In this document: positions 37,298-47,252 of the stretch, piece after piece
How the letters are laid out: each line of letters opens with the position of its first letter
Position numbering within the stretch: the stretch's first letter is position 1
DNA from: an uncultured Candidatus Saccharibacteria bacterium
Lineage (GTDB): Bacteria > Patescibacteriota > Minisyncoccia > Phycocordibacterales > DATDWN01
Assembly (NCBI GenBank): GCA_964608465.1
Contig: CAZSNI010000001.1
Coordinates: 16,215 to 80,214 of the forward strand
Direction: 5' to 3'
DNA length: 64,000 nucleotides
Translations under genes and position numbers: made by a program
Notes under the pieces: model-generated
The model's input: only the letters and a program-made list of their open reading frames with translations
What the model was told of the DNA's origin: nothing
Database searches by the model: none

Positions 37298-38560
37298 TTA
37301 TAGGAAAAGTAAGTCGCGGTCGAGATCATCGGAGTCTGTGCCAAGAGTTTTAGTTTTTATTGCTTTGTCGGTGCTACCTAGATGCACCACACCTTTGCCG
37401 AACTTTTTTTCTAGATTGTCTATCTGTTTGTGTATGGTTTCAAACTTCGTGGTTTTTTCTATTGTGCCAAACAAGTCCCCTTGTTTTACATCTTCTGGTT
37501 CAAGCTCGTGCAAAGTGACTCCGGTGGTGCGATACAGCACACCCGCACGCCAAAGTTTAGGCAAATGGAACTTCGCAATGCTGACCAGAGTTTCTGGTGC
37601 GTTTGAGGGTGTTGTCAGCGCAACTGTGTGTGAGAAATATTTGAAATCTTTTGTTTTCAAAAAGAAAGAAAACTTTTTTGGCACGAGGTTAAAGTAGCGA
37701 GCTTTGCGACAAGCTTCTTCTGTGTGTTTGGATATCTGCGACATGAGAAATGTCTTGTCGTTCGTATTGGGGTGAAACGAGCGAGTTTTCTGGACTGACG
37801 AGTAAGTTGTTTTTGGTTTTGGATCAACATTGTGGACACAGACACCGTTTAACTCCAGCCATATTTCTATATATGGTTTTGAAAAGTTGTCACGAACCCA
37901 TGTCATATCTTTGCTGGCAAAATCCTGTGCTGTTTTTATTCCGCGGTGTACCAAGTTTTCTCCAGTACGAGGACCAATCCCCCAGATTTTATCTATTGCT
38001 GTTTGCGAAAGGAACTCTGAAATGTTTTCTTTTTCTATTATTGTTAGTCCATCTGGCTTTTTCCATTTGGATGCAACTTTTGCCAAAACTTTTGTGGGAG
38101 CGAGTCCAATAGAAACAGAAAGTCCAAGCTCCTCCGTCACTTCTTTTTTTATTCTCTCGGCGATTTGTCTGTATGACATGTACAGCGGTTTATCGAGTCC
38201 AGTCAGATCTGCAAAACATTCATCTATGCTGTATTCCTCCACATCGTCGGCGTATCTGCGAACGATATCAAACATTTTTTCGGAATACATTACGTATGAG
38301 GCGTAGTCACCAGGCAAAACCAAAACTGTCGGGAAATTTTTCTTCACACGGAAAATAGGCATACCTCGTGTTATGCCGAGAGCTTTGGCTTCGTATGAAA
38401 GTGCAGAAACAATCCCACGCTCCTGCCCGGTCACAACTGGAAGTCCTTTTAGTTTCGGATTTTTCGCCACCTCGCATCCGACAAAAAAGGCATCCCCATC
38501 CATATGAAAAATTACCCTATTCCGTTTCACCCCTATATTATACAGTGAACTATAGTTCAC
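37298..38560 (-). CDS. dinB: Y-family DNA polymerase IV
   Basis: FHMDGDAFFVGCEV...SIDECFAD...SVSIGLAPTKVLAKVAS. Confidence 0.85.
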   Translation of the reverse strand: MNYSSLYNIGVKRNRVIFHMDGDAFFVGCEVAKNPKLKGLPVVTGQERGIVSALSYEAKALGITRGMPIFRVKKNFPTVLVLPGDYASYVMYSEKMFDIVRRYADDVEEYSIDECFADLTGLDKPLYMSYRQIAERIKKEVTEELGLSVSIGLAPTKVLAKVASKWKKPDGLTIIEKENISEFLSQTAIDKIWGIGPRTGENLVHRGIKTAQDFASKDMTWVRDNFSKPYIEIWLELNGVCVHNVDPKPKTTYSSVQKTRSFHPNTNDKTFLMSQISKHTEEACRKARYFNLVPKKFSFFLKTKDFKYFSHTVALTTPSNAPETLVSIAKFHLPKLWRAGVLYRTTGVTLHELEPEDVKQGDLFGTIEKTTKFETIHKQIDNLEKKFGKGVVHLGSTDKAIKTKTLGTDSDDLDRDLLFL

Positions 38561-38587
38561 TGATACAAGAGGTCCCCTGCCGAGAAG

Positions 38588-38806
38588 TTAAAACAATATT
38601 CCCCACCATTTAAAATACGACCAAACCCCGGCCCAAATTAAAATAACTGCCGTTAATACATATGCTATGAACCATTCTATTTTTGGAGGGATTTCAATGC
38701 CCATCTTTTCGCATAATTTAAATATTAAAAATCGAAGTGTCCAATGAGTGACACTTCCGATCATACTGTTTATCTGAGATATGACGCCTCGATTTTTACG
38801 ACTCAT
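38588..38806 (-). CDS. hypothetical small membrane protein
   Basis: 72-aa, 2-TM ORF. Weak support. Confidence 0.3.
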   Translation of the reverse strand: MSRKNRGVISQINSMIGSVTHWTLRFLIFKLCEKMGIEIPPKIEWFIAYVLTAVILIWAGVWSYFKWWGILF

Positions 38807-38873
38807 AGCGAAAGATTACAGTAGGATAAGCCTATTGGTCAAATAATAGGTATAGGAGTAAAATTAGTGGCAT

Positions 38874-39434
38874 ATGAATGAAGAAATAAAAAGACTTGAA
38901 GATAAAATAGATGACCTATTTCAGAAGTTAACTAATAAGCAGAACTCTCAGTTTACAGAGCTTATTACTGAAATAAGAAGAGTTGGTGACATAGTTGAAA
39001 GTAAGAAAGAAGATTCATACGAAGAGGGTGTATTTGACGATCTCTATGATGAGGCTAAAGAAATTGTAATTGAAGAACAAAAAGCTTCATCGTCATATCT
39101 ACAAAGAAAACTTGGAATTGGATACTCTAGAGCTGTTGCACTTATTGACGCACTAGAGAAAGAAGGAATTATCGGATCTAGTGATGGTGCAAAACCGAGA
39201 GAAGTCTTAGAGAAATCTACTGAACCTAAAGTCTTTACTGATACAAGTGATGATGATTTATATGAAGAAGCAAAAAAGATAACATTAGAAGCCGGTAAAG
39301 TTTCAACTTCTTATTTACAAAGAAAACTTGGTATTGGATATGCTCGTTCTGCTCGTCTAATGGATATGTTGGAAGAAAATGGAGTAATTGAACCTGGTAA
39401 TGGAGCGGGTACAAGAAAGGTAATTGCTAGTTAA
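38874..39434 (+). CDS. standalone protein with N-terminal coiled coil and two tandem FtsK-gamma (winged-helix) domains
   Basis: Two repeats of D.LY.EAK..V......S.SYLQRKLGIGY.R.A.L.D.LE..G.IG...GAKPREVL. Confidence 0.7.
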   Translation: MNEEIKRLEDKIDDLFQKLTNKQNSQFTELITEIRRVGDIVESKKEDSYEEGVFDDLYDEAKEIVIEEQKASSSYLQRKLGIGYSRAVALIDALEKEGIIGSSDGAKPREVLEKSTEPKVFTDTSDDDLYEEAKKITLEAGKVSTSYLQRKLGIGYARSARLMDMLEENGVIEPGNGAGTRKVIAS

Positions 39435-39449
39435 AAAACCCATCCATTT

Positions 39450-40211
39450 TTATTTTGAAACAATATCGTCATAATATCTTGTAACCTCTTCATCCATCAG
39501 TGAAGCAAAAAGATATGTTGTTTCAACTATGCTTTTATGGAGCATAAAACTCTCATTACTAAACTTATTCAAAGTCGCCTCAAGCTTAGATTTATGCTTT
39601 TGTAATTCATAAAGTGCTAACTCACCAAATGGGCCACCATGTACGCTTGATGACATATTCGTATACTCAATTAGTCTTTCTAACAGATATTCTTCTTTAT
39701 ATCTTTTTATAATTTCACTGCCTTTTTCGTTATTATTGTTTATTAAATAATGAAAAATTTCTTTGATATCAAATTTTTTAGCAACATCCCCCAATGCCTT
39801 ATTGTGTTCACCTTTAGTATTCCACTCTGTTTTTTCTGGATAAACTAATTTATTGTAATTAATAATTTTTTGAAAAGATTTCAAATCTTCATAACCTTTA
39901 AGAGATTTGTAATATGCCTCACCGATAGAATCATCATTATCGTTCAAAGCTTTCGCAAAAATATATAGATGCTTAAAACTATGCTCAATAAGAGATCGAA
40001 ACAAAATTGAAGCAGAATATGCGTCTCCATTTTTACAAGAAAGTAGAATTGAATTTGTTAAATAACCACTTTTTGGTATAAAAGATACAAGTGCCTTTCC
40101 TGAATATTTAAATTTAGTCTTTTGTAAAGATTCTATAATGAAGGGGAGTGATTCTTGAATTTTTTTAGATAAAACTTCATTCAATACTAAATTATTATCG
40201 ATATCATTCAT
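39450..40211 (-). CDS. hypothetical protein of the candidate defence operon; Rx4H (HEPN-like) motif
   Basis: 253 aa. FRSLIEH motif. No other recognisable signature. Fourth gene of the tight operon. Confidence 0.45.
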   Translation of the reverse strand: MNDIDNNLVLNEVLSKKIQESLPFIIESLQKTKFKYSGKALVSFIPKSGYLTNSILLSCKNGDAYSASILFRSLIEHSFKHLYIFAKALNDNDDSIGEAYYKSLKGYEDLKSFQKIINYNKLVYPEKTEWNTKGEHNKALGDVAKKFDIKEIFHYLINNNNEKGSEIIKRYKEEYLLERLIEYTNMSSSVHGGPFGELALYELQKHKSKLEATLNKFSNESFMLHKSIVETTYLFASLMDEEVTRYYDDIVSK

Positions 40212-40229
40212 ATGTTCTTAAAATTTTTC

Positions 40230-41156
40230 CTATAAAACAATATCTACGAATCTTACTATTTTATTTTTCTCCCAATCCATAATTTTGACATACTTTCCAT
40301 TGTGTTTATCTGGTCGATTAAATTTACAACCTTCACACTCATGTTCTTCAACAATAGCTGGTATTTCCCCGAACAGTGTAAGTTTACTTGGAGTAACCGT
40401 ATTTTCGTGATGACAGCTCATAGGAACTACATACTTAAGTCCATCCATTTGAAAAATATTCCAGCTTATAATTTCAGCAAACTCCTTTTGAATTGAAATT
40501 GATGGAGGTATTTTAAACTTTGCCTCATGATAATCTATAAGAGTGTAGAGTAAATTTTCACGTGCAAGTAGTACATTATCCCCTTGCCATTCATATCCAT
40601 AACTTGCTTTGAATGCTTCTTTTGCCCAAAAAATCCAATCATCCTTATCTTTGCAATATTTAGATACGACTTTTAATTTTTTATCTAAAAAACCCACTCG
40701 ATTATCTAATTTTATTATTCTGTCAGTATTTGCAGTTGGATTGTATCTAGTTACAATAAATGGAGCCTCTCCGCATGTAATTTCTAGTTTGAGCTCATGA
40801 ACATAATTTTGCCAATTCTTTTTATCCACCCTTTTCCCATGTAAATCCATAACCTTATTTATCCGGTCAATAATCTTGAGCGGAGTAAAAACCTCAGCCT
40901 TATCTTTTGTACGTTTACGTTGTTCCACTATATTCTTAGCGGCACGCGGCTGAATAAGCATTCCGTATTTGCCAGTTACAAATTCTGACAAAATGTGATT
41001 TTTAGGCAAAAATTTATTGCCACGATCTTCATAAGAATCGGTTGCCCAAATGATATTCTTCTTAGTTGTACGATCAATTAGTAAAATGCTCAGCAAATCA
41101 CCTGTTCTGCGCAGATAACTTTCTATAATATCAATATTTGGCAGGAGTACATTCAT
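40230..41156 (-). CDS. hypothetical protein of the candidate defence operon; possible PD-(D/E)xK nuclease with C-terminal Cys/His cluster
   Basis: 308 aa. ...PLKIID...HELKLE... and CHHEN...ECEGCK. Sits 3 nt downstream of the giant gene. Confidence 0.45.
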   Translation of the reverse strand: MNVLLPNIDIIESYLRRTGDLLSILLIDRTTKKNIIWATDSYEDRGNKFLPKNHILSEFVTGKYGMLIQPRAAKNIVEQRKRTKDKAEVFTPLKIIDRINKVMDLHGKRVDKKNWQNYVHELKLEITCGEAPFIVTRYNPTANTDRIIKLDNRVGFLDKKLKVVSKYCKDKDDWIFWAKEAFKASYGYEWQGDNVLLARENLLYTLIDYHEAKFKIPPSISIQKEFAEIISWNIFQMDGLKYVVPMSCHHENTVTPSKLTLFGEIPAIVEEHECEGCKFNRPDKHNGKYVKIMDWEKNKIVRFVDIVL

Positions 41157-41159
41157 AAC

Positions 41160-44100
41160 TTAAGCCATAGGTTTTACATTCTTATCAATAAATTCAATTT
41201 CATTTTTATCTAGATTATATTTCTTATACAACTGCTTATCTATTTCAGGAATAGATTTAGACCAATCAATATCCGATTTTTTTGTAAAATCTTGAATTGG
41301 TACTTTTAACCAGGTTCTGGGTGAATTATCTTGTGTAATTTTAAGCACACCCAACATAATCCTTGAGAACTTTGTTTTAATATACTTCTGTAAATTCTCG
41401 GCTTCTTTTTTATTATTAAACGCGCCCATACTTAAAAAGGTTTGGGTATGTCCGACATTTTCACCCTCAATAGTTGAAGTTCCTAAAGTTCCGAAATCAC
41501 CACTACCATTTGATTTTGGTATTAAAACTTTAAATTTATCTAAGTTTAGGTGTTTTTCTAGATATTTTCGAGAGACCCACTTATAGACACGTTTACCATT
41601 AATTAATCCAAGAATTTTTGCGTCACTATCAGAATTTGAATCATCCCTAAATATATTGATTTGTTCGAATATAGAAGTGGTTAAACGTTTTTCCTTACCA
41701 CCACTTCCAATTATTTTTTTAAAATGAGGATGCTCTTTATATAAAACCCCAAGATTAAATTTATTCTGTAGATACATTATTTTATTCAATGACTCAAAAT
41801 ACTTATGATCTTCGACTTTTTCTCGTATTGTGTTAAGTTCTGGGTGGCTAGTAAAAGAACCTATTTCCCCAAAATCTTTGTTAGTATCACGGTAAGTTAT
41901 TGCAATCCCCCCTTTAATGTCCGTGTTTGGAAAAACTTTGGATGATTGTTGCTCGTAAAAAATAACTTTAATATGTCTATCATTTAATATCTTATTATTC
42001 CATTCTTTTGGGGTTTTTCCTGCATTAAATAAAAAACGTGCTGGATGGATTAATGCTACCTTGTCAGACAATTTGTAAGATTCATCCATAAATAGATGGT
42101 AAATTGGCTTATCGCTAGTATCCTTAGTCTGTTCTTGATACGGTGGATTTCCTACTATGGCAGTAAATTTCATTTCTTTATTATTAAAATTAAATTTTTC
42201 TAATAATTCTACACTAATATTATAATCCTTATAGCTACCTTTATGCTGAAGTTTTTTTACCAAATCTTCAATATAAACAATATTTGTCTCAAAACTTTGA
42301 TTATACCCTGCCAATGTTCTCCGAGTAATACTTTTGGCCATTGGACTCTTGCATAGCACATAAATATTTTCTTGTAACACTTTACTCCACAACTGTTTAT
42401 ATATTTTTTCCTCCGGTTTTTTATTCTTTTTGTCTTTTATCAGCTGTCTTGAATACACATTATAAGCCGCTAGTAATGGATACAGACCAGATTTTGAATT
42501 TATCTCAAGTATCTTTGTGTTGTCTTGTGACCAGATACTAGTATCGACACCATGACTACTTTTCCATTCGGGTTTTTCTCTAGACTTGTCCATTCCACCG
42601 CTAGCAAAATCGTGGCCGCCGAAAGCTTTGGTCATATGCATATTCACGACACTCCATGGGGTAAGAACTGTTTCTTTATCTGGGTTCTTAAATGTTTTAA
42701 ATATTTCGGAGATAGCTTGTATTCTCTCTGTTGGTAATAGATCATCACAATCAAATGCCTTGGCACGGATACTGTGTGCTACACCCTTAAATACATCCTC
42801 GTCGTAATATTTTATGAACTCACCGAAACCTTTTTTAGTCAGTCCAGGTGGCATAAATTCTTGCCAGGACTCTTCGTCAACTAGGTCAATAAATTTTTGA
42901 AGCGTAATATTTTCTCGAATAGACACATCGGCACCATAGACTAACATTGGCATACGAATACTCACTGCGCGCAATATGCTAATGGCCGTTTTCTTTTGAT
43001 CACGAACTTCTTTTAGTTTTTTTAATACTTCTTTTTGTTCTTCGGTTAAATCTTGTTTTTTCTTCCGCTCGACTTCTTCAGCTTTTTGAATTTTGAGGTC
43101 ATCCATACCAAGTTCATTAACCTTGATTTCATTCACTTTTTCAGTTGAGGATTTACCAACGATAGCTTTAAGTGCATTAAACCTGTCGATGTCCACTTTG
43201 TCGAGTTTCAACAATTCATCGTTATATAGCTTTGGATCGTCAAAGCCGTTTCGACTCACGCGTTCGATAATTGCTTTTTTAAGCTGACTAAGCATATTCT
43301 CAACATCATAAGGTTTCATTGATCCACCTTTCGCAGAAAGAATCGGACAGAAATTTAGAAACTCCCTCATCGCATCTTTCTGCTCAGGTGAATTTATTTT
43401 TCCTGATTTATGGCTAAGCTCCACAGCTTCAGCAATTAATTTTAGGGTCCGATCTGGTGCAAAATCAAACACATATCCTTGAGTCTTTAGTCTCCCATTT
43501 ATTATTGCAGGGGTCTGACAGCGAAATGCTGTTTGCAAATATGTAGTAGCAGAGCTAGTGTCTGACATCATGAAAACTGCTGTCCATTCAGGAACAGAAG
43601 CTCCTGTTGTGAGACGTTGGCCTGTCAGTGTAATAGTATACTCATGATTTTTAATTGCTTTAGTTACACGGTCCTTTGCAACTTTATCCTCCTCATCATC
43701 GCGACTATCACCAGAAATATTTACAACACCAAATTCATTAGAACCAAAAACTTGGTGGCCTTTAAGTAGCTTTTCCATTGCCTCTATAACTTTTACACGA
43801 TTTGGCAGCAGCCATAGCGAATGTTTATTGTAATTTCGATATTCTTCTGTCACATATGGAAACTTTGTTTGTAACTTATCATCCACTAGTAAATCTAAAA
43901 ATTTTTTTACCATTGCCTCGTGAACAAATTCAGCTATATCATTTTCATCTTCATCCTTGCGTACTCGGAAAAATTCATGAAATTTAAAAGCACCATCAAG
44001 AGAGTCATGAAAATTTTCACCTATACTACCAATATGATTGGCGAATGTATCCACATCATAAGTAAATATACTTAATGCTGGAAGTCCCGCATATGGATTT

Positions 44101-45176
44101 GGTACACCAGGATTTTTTTCATCCCATGTAAGCTTTGCTTCTTGCTCCATAACATAATCCCATGTAAAAATATCCTCCTTTTCGTGCTTATGCAGAATAT
44201 TGAATGGGGTCCCAGAAAGTTGAAGAGTAAACTTGGTTGGTATTTTTAAGAAAGTGGTATCGCCAAGGTTACTTTGAGTTCCTTCATGAGCCTCATCAAT
44301 AATTAACATATCCCAACTGGTATCAAAAACTTCATCATTTTTATCAAATCCCTTAGCCTTAGATCCAGATGATTCATCTTCCACTACACGTTTCGACAAG
44401 CGTAAATCTTGCAATGAAGCAAAATATACAAAAGGTTTATTTCCTCTGCTAAGAGTTTTTATATGCTCTCCTACTGTTACAGAAGAAAAATCGTAATTTG
44501 CACCTGCTAATATTTTATTATAATCATCATACCAATCACTACTAACACTCGGACGGTGTGTGACGATAAGAACCTTTTTCATTTCATTCTCTTTTGCAAC
44601 TTGCATAGCTGCGGAGGTTTTACCAAATCGCATCTTTGCATTCCAAAGAAAGTGTTTACGATTTTTCTTTATTGCTTGAGTAGTTTTATTTATAGCTTCA
44701 AGTTGATTTGGTCTAAATTGAAAATCAGAAATAACTGGAATTGCTTTCTCTTTTGTTGATAAAGCAATTCTATCTTCTTTTACAGCTTGAATTGCATTTT
44801 TTGCAATTTCTAAACTAATCTCAAACCATTCAGAATGTGAATTTTTAATATTTTCTGCCTTACGCTCAAAGCCAGAACGCTTAAGAACTTCATGTACGTC
44901 ATAGTCTGAAAAATATTTACCATCGTTTGTGATCGCTATTTCAACATGTTCAAGAGTGTAAGGTATATCTGCAGTTTTTGTTTGTTGTTCTATACGCTTA
45001 CGTGCAGCAGCATTTAACTCATCAAGTGTTGGGTTTTTAGAATTAATTGTTGCAGCACCAATTTTTAGTCTACCTTTATGCACTTCGCCCGGAATTGAAT
45101 ACACATAAATCAATCCAAAAGAAAAAGTTTCATGTATATTATTATTTAGAATAATTTCTTTAACATTTGTATTCAT
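41160..45176 (-). CDS. 1338-aa fusion of T5orf172 (GIY-YIG-like) domain, SF2 helicase (Res-like) and N6-adenine methyltransferase-like domain, with C-terminal extension. Type ISP-like R-M candidate.
   Basis: N-terminus GLIYVYSIPGEVHKGRLKIGAAT...EWFEI. Walker A FGKTSAAM. DEAH LIIDEAHEG. SGTPF. QTAFRCQT. Motif I-like ILEINSKSGLYPL. Motif IV IVGNPPYQ. About 320 aa follow the NPPY. Confidence 0.8.
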   Translation of the reverse strand: MNTNVKEIILNNNIHETFSFGLIYVYSIPGEVHKGRLKIGAATINSKNPTLDELNAAARKRIEQQTKTADIPYTLEHVEIAITNDGKYFSDYDVHEVLKRSGFERKAENIKNSHSEWFEISLEIAKNAIQAVKEDRIALSTKEKAIPVISDFQFRPNQLEAINKTTQAIKKNRKHFLWNAKMRFGKTSAAMQVAKENEMKKVLIVTHRPSVSSDWYDDYNKILAGANYDFSSVTVGEHIKTLSRGNKPFVYFASLQDLRLSKRVVEDESSGSKAKGFDKNDEVFDTSWDMLIIDEAHEGTQSNLGDTTFLKIPTKFTLQLSGTPFNILHKHEKEDIFTWDYVMEQEAKLTWDEKNPGVPNPYAGLPALSIFTYDVDTFANHIGSIGENFHDSLDGAFKFHEFFRVRKDEDENDIAEFVHEAMVKKFLDLLVDDKLQTKFPYVTEEYRNYNKHSLWLLPNRVKVIEAMEKLLKGHQVFGSNEFGVVNISGDSRDDEEDKVAKDRVTKAIKNHEYTITLTGQRLTTGASVPEWTAVFMMSDTSSATTYLQTAFRCQTPAIINGRLKTQGYVFDFAPDRTLKLIAEAVELSHKSGKINSPEQKDAMREFLNFCPILSAKGGSMKPYDVENMLSQLKKAIIERVSRNGFDDPKLYNDELLKLDKVDIDRFNALKAIVGKSSTEKVNEIKVNELGMDDLKIQKAEEVERKKKQDLTEEQKEVLKKLKEVRDQKKTAISILRAVSIRMPMLVYGADVSIRENITLQKFIDLVDEESWQEFMPPGLTKKGFGEFIKYYDEDVFKGVAHSIRAKAFDCDDLLPTERIQAISEIFKTFKNPDKETVLTPWSVVNMHMTKAFGGHDFASGGMDKSREKPEWKSSHGVDTSIWSQDNTKILEINSKSGLYPLLAAYNVYSRQLIKDKKNKKPEEKIYKQLWSKVLQENIYVLCKSPMAKSITRRTLAGYNQSFETNIVYIEDLVKKLQHKGSYKDYNISVELLEKFNFNNKEMKFTAIVGNPPYQEQTKDTSDKPIYHLFMDESYKLSDKVALIHPARFLFNAGKTPKEWNNKILNDRHIKVIFYEQQSSKVFPNTDIKGGIAITYRDTNKDFGEIGSFTSHPELNTIREKVEDHKYFESLNKIMYLQNKFNLGVLYKEHPHFKKIIGSGGKEKRLTTSIFEQINIFRDDSNSDSDAKILGLINGKRVYKWVSRKYLEKHLNLDKFKVLIPKSNGSGDFGTLGTSTIEGENVGHTQTFLSMGAFNNKKEAENLQKYIKTKFSRIMLGVLKITQDNSPRTWLKVPIQDFTKKSDIDWSKSIPEIDKQLYKKYNLDKNEIEFIDKNVKPMA

Positions 45177-45178
45177 AA

Positions 45179-46015
45179 TTATTTTCTCAAATTATCATCC
45201 AAGGTATTTCCAGCATCATCTTTCCAAGCTGTCCAACCATTAATTGGCCTCCCCGTGGTGGTTGCAGCTGCCGCAGATGGACTTTTAAATAAAATATCTT
45301 TTGTATAAACGTATGACATTTTATCACCTACTTCTACAAAGGTACCATCTTCCAGAAATCGTTTGCGAGCAGCTTGTGACCATCCCCAAAAAGCTTCCGT
45401 TTCTCTTATGCGAGCAGTAGATCCCTTTAATACATTAAGACTGCCATCTGCAAGTAGTTGGGCCTTTGCATCTGCCCCTTCTGCTTTCAGGAAATAAATT
45501 TTTTCATCAGTAATTGATTCGGCGACAGTTTCAAATACTTCATAACCAATTGCGCCAAGTATAAATTGCATATTCTCAAAATACTGCTCAACTGTGACTT
45601 TTTCAAATTCTGATAGAGTATTTTCTTGTGGTTGAACTTTATTCTGCACAAGCATTCGGTTTGCGTCGTGAGCAGTTGTTGTAGTTTTGTATTCTAGATA
45701 TTTAACAAATGCTCTATTTAATCCACCTGTAAAAACAACCGCAATGTTCCAAAAATCTTTATTTGAATCATGGTTAGAAATCCTACTATAAAAATTTTCA
45801 GATTCACCGATATAAACAAGCTCATCTGAAGAACTCTCGTCTATTCCAAATAATAAATAGAGTCCTGGCTTATTTACCTCAGGGCGATCTTTTAATTCCT
45901 TTAAACTTTGACGAGGCACTACAAAACACTTGCCTGACCAACCTGCAAGATCAATTATTTTCATTCCATTTGGATTTCCTTCAGGAACGAGCATTTGTAA
46001 GGCCTTAGATTTCAT
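45179..46015 (-). CDS. GIY-YIG nuclease-family protein (DUF4357-like C-terminus), first gene of the candidate defence operon
   Basis: KPGLYLLFG...DELVYIGESENFYSRISNHD. Start trimmed to MKSKALQ so the ORF no longer overlaps the upstream gene. A 2-nt gap separates it from the next gene. Confidence 0.65.
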   Translation of the reverse strand: MKSKALQMLVPEGNPNGMKIIDLAGWSGKCFVVPRQSLKELKDRPEVNKPGLYLLFGIDESSSDELVYIGESENFYSRISNHDSNKDFWNIAVVFTGGLNRAFVKYLEYKTTTTAHDANRMLVQNKVQPQENTLSEFEKVTVEQYFENMQFILGAIGYEVFETVAESITDEKIYFLKAEGADAKAQLLADGSLNVLKGSTARIRETEAFWGWSQAARKRFLEDGTFVEVGDKMSYVYTKDILFKSPSAAAATTTGRPINGWTAWKDDAGNTLDDNLRK

Positions 46016-46115
46016 ATTGTTCCAAAACTGTACCACTTTTATCCCCAGCAATCCAGTTAGTGAAAATCTACTCAACCGGACAAGCATTCCCGCCAATTGC
46101 GGTTTAAAACCAAAA

Positions 46116-46763
46116 TTATTTAATATCCACCTGAACCTCATTCCGAAGCATAAAAGGCAAGGTCCAAGGAGGGTTGAATCTAGCAATGTTTACCGCGCCC
46201 ACTGGCACTACACCATCTCGTTTGAGTGATGCCAAAAGTGACTCTTCGTTCTTGCGAAGTCTTGTTTCATTTACTACCCAAGTAAACCTCCTTACTGCGA
46301 CTTTTCTAGATGGAACCTGTATAAGTGACACGCGAGAGTCGTTTGGTATTGGCAGGGCATCCATAGTGTATTCACTTGGCAAAACAAATGATACTTTATA
46401 TGAACCCTTCTCCGCCTGCTCAGTATTCACCGGAACTGTCATCGCTATTTTTTCAGAATTTGTTTTTTCTGTATTTACTGGAGCCGTCATTGCTATCTTA
46501 TCTTTCTTTTTGTTGTCTCCAAAAATGTATCCGGCAACTATTGGGAAGCCTTTCCTTACCGCATCATCTCTGTCTACCGCACCAGAAATAACTGTTTCAG
46601 CAAGTATGTATGAGTTGTACTGCCGTATCTCGTATCCATCTGCCTTACTCACCACAGAGTACTTTGGCTCTTCAATATTTCTAACAGAAAGCCAACTATA
46701 TAGAAACCAAATAAGGAGCACTAAACCCAAAGTAATTAAAATATACATTGTTTTATTATTCAT
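46116..46763 (-). CDS. SOUL heme-binding-family protein with N-terminal TM
   Basis: EEPKYSVVSKADGYEIRQY...FGDNKKKDKIAMTAPV pattern of the SOUL/HBP family. Confidence 0.65.
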   Translation of the reverse strand: MNNKTMYILITLGLVLLIWFLYSWLSVRNIEEPKYSVVSKADGYEIRQYNSYILAETVISGAVDRDDAVRKGFPIVAGYIFGDNKKKDKIAMTAPVNTEKTNSEKIAMTVPVNTEQAEKGSYKVSFVLPSEYTMDALPIPNDSRVSLIQVPSRKVAVRRFTWVVNETRLRKNEESLLASLKRDGVVPVGAVNIARFNPPWTLPFMLRNEVQVDIK

Positions 46764-46802
46764 ACCTACATTCTAGCATTTTTGAATAGGTTTTATCTGA
46801 AA

Positions 46803-47252
46803 CTATTTCTCGGTCTTGTATTTCTTTTTCATATCTACAAGTGATTTCTTTATTACAATTTTCAAAACCTTTAGGTCAATATCTTCAACGCTCTTTATTG
46901 CAAGACAAGATATACCCGACAGCTTGTACTTACCTATTTTCTCAATATCTTTTTTATATGCTTTCCAGCTCATCATGTTGTAGAGAGTGAAACCGGTACT
47001 AGATACAGCAAAACCAGTAACAAGGTGTACGTGTTCCCCGCCCTTGCTGTCGAAATAGTGATATTTCCCGAAACCAAAAATCTTATTCCACATTACACAC
47101 TCAGAACCAGTCGCTTTTGTATATAAATCTACTAGCTGTAGCGCTTCTTTCTGTAGTTTAGGATTGCCCTTGAAATTTTTCTCTAGAAAACTTTTTGGTG
47201 TTAATTTTGTTGGCTGTGTCTTGTTTGTGTATGTCATATTTATTTTAAACAA
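46803..47252 (-). CDS. DUF1801/YdhG-like domain protein
   Basis: 149 aa. Weak family pattern. Confidence 0.4.
   Translation of the reverse strand: MFKINMTYTNKTQPTKLTPKSFLEKNFKGNPKLQKEALQLVDLYTKATGSECVMWNKIFGFGKYHYFDSKGGEHVHLVTGFAVSSTGFTLYNMMSWKAYKKDIEKIGKYKLSGISCLAIKSVEDIDLKVLKIVIKKSLVDMKKKYKTEK

Noticed and set aside
46016-46186. N-terminal extension of the GIY-YIG gene that overlaps the SOUL-family gene by 70 bp.
   Set aside because: A same-strand 70-bp overlap with the upstream gene is unlikely. The internal Met (MKSKALQ) gives a clean intergenic gap.
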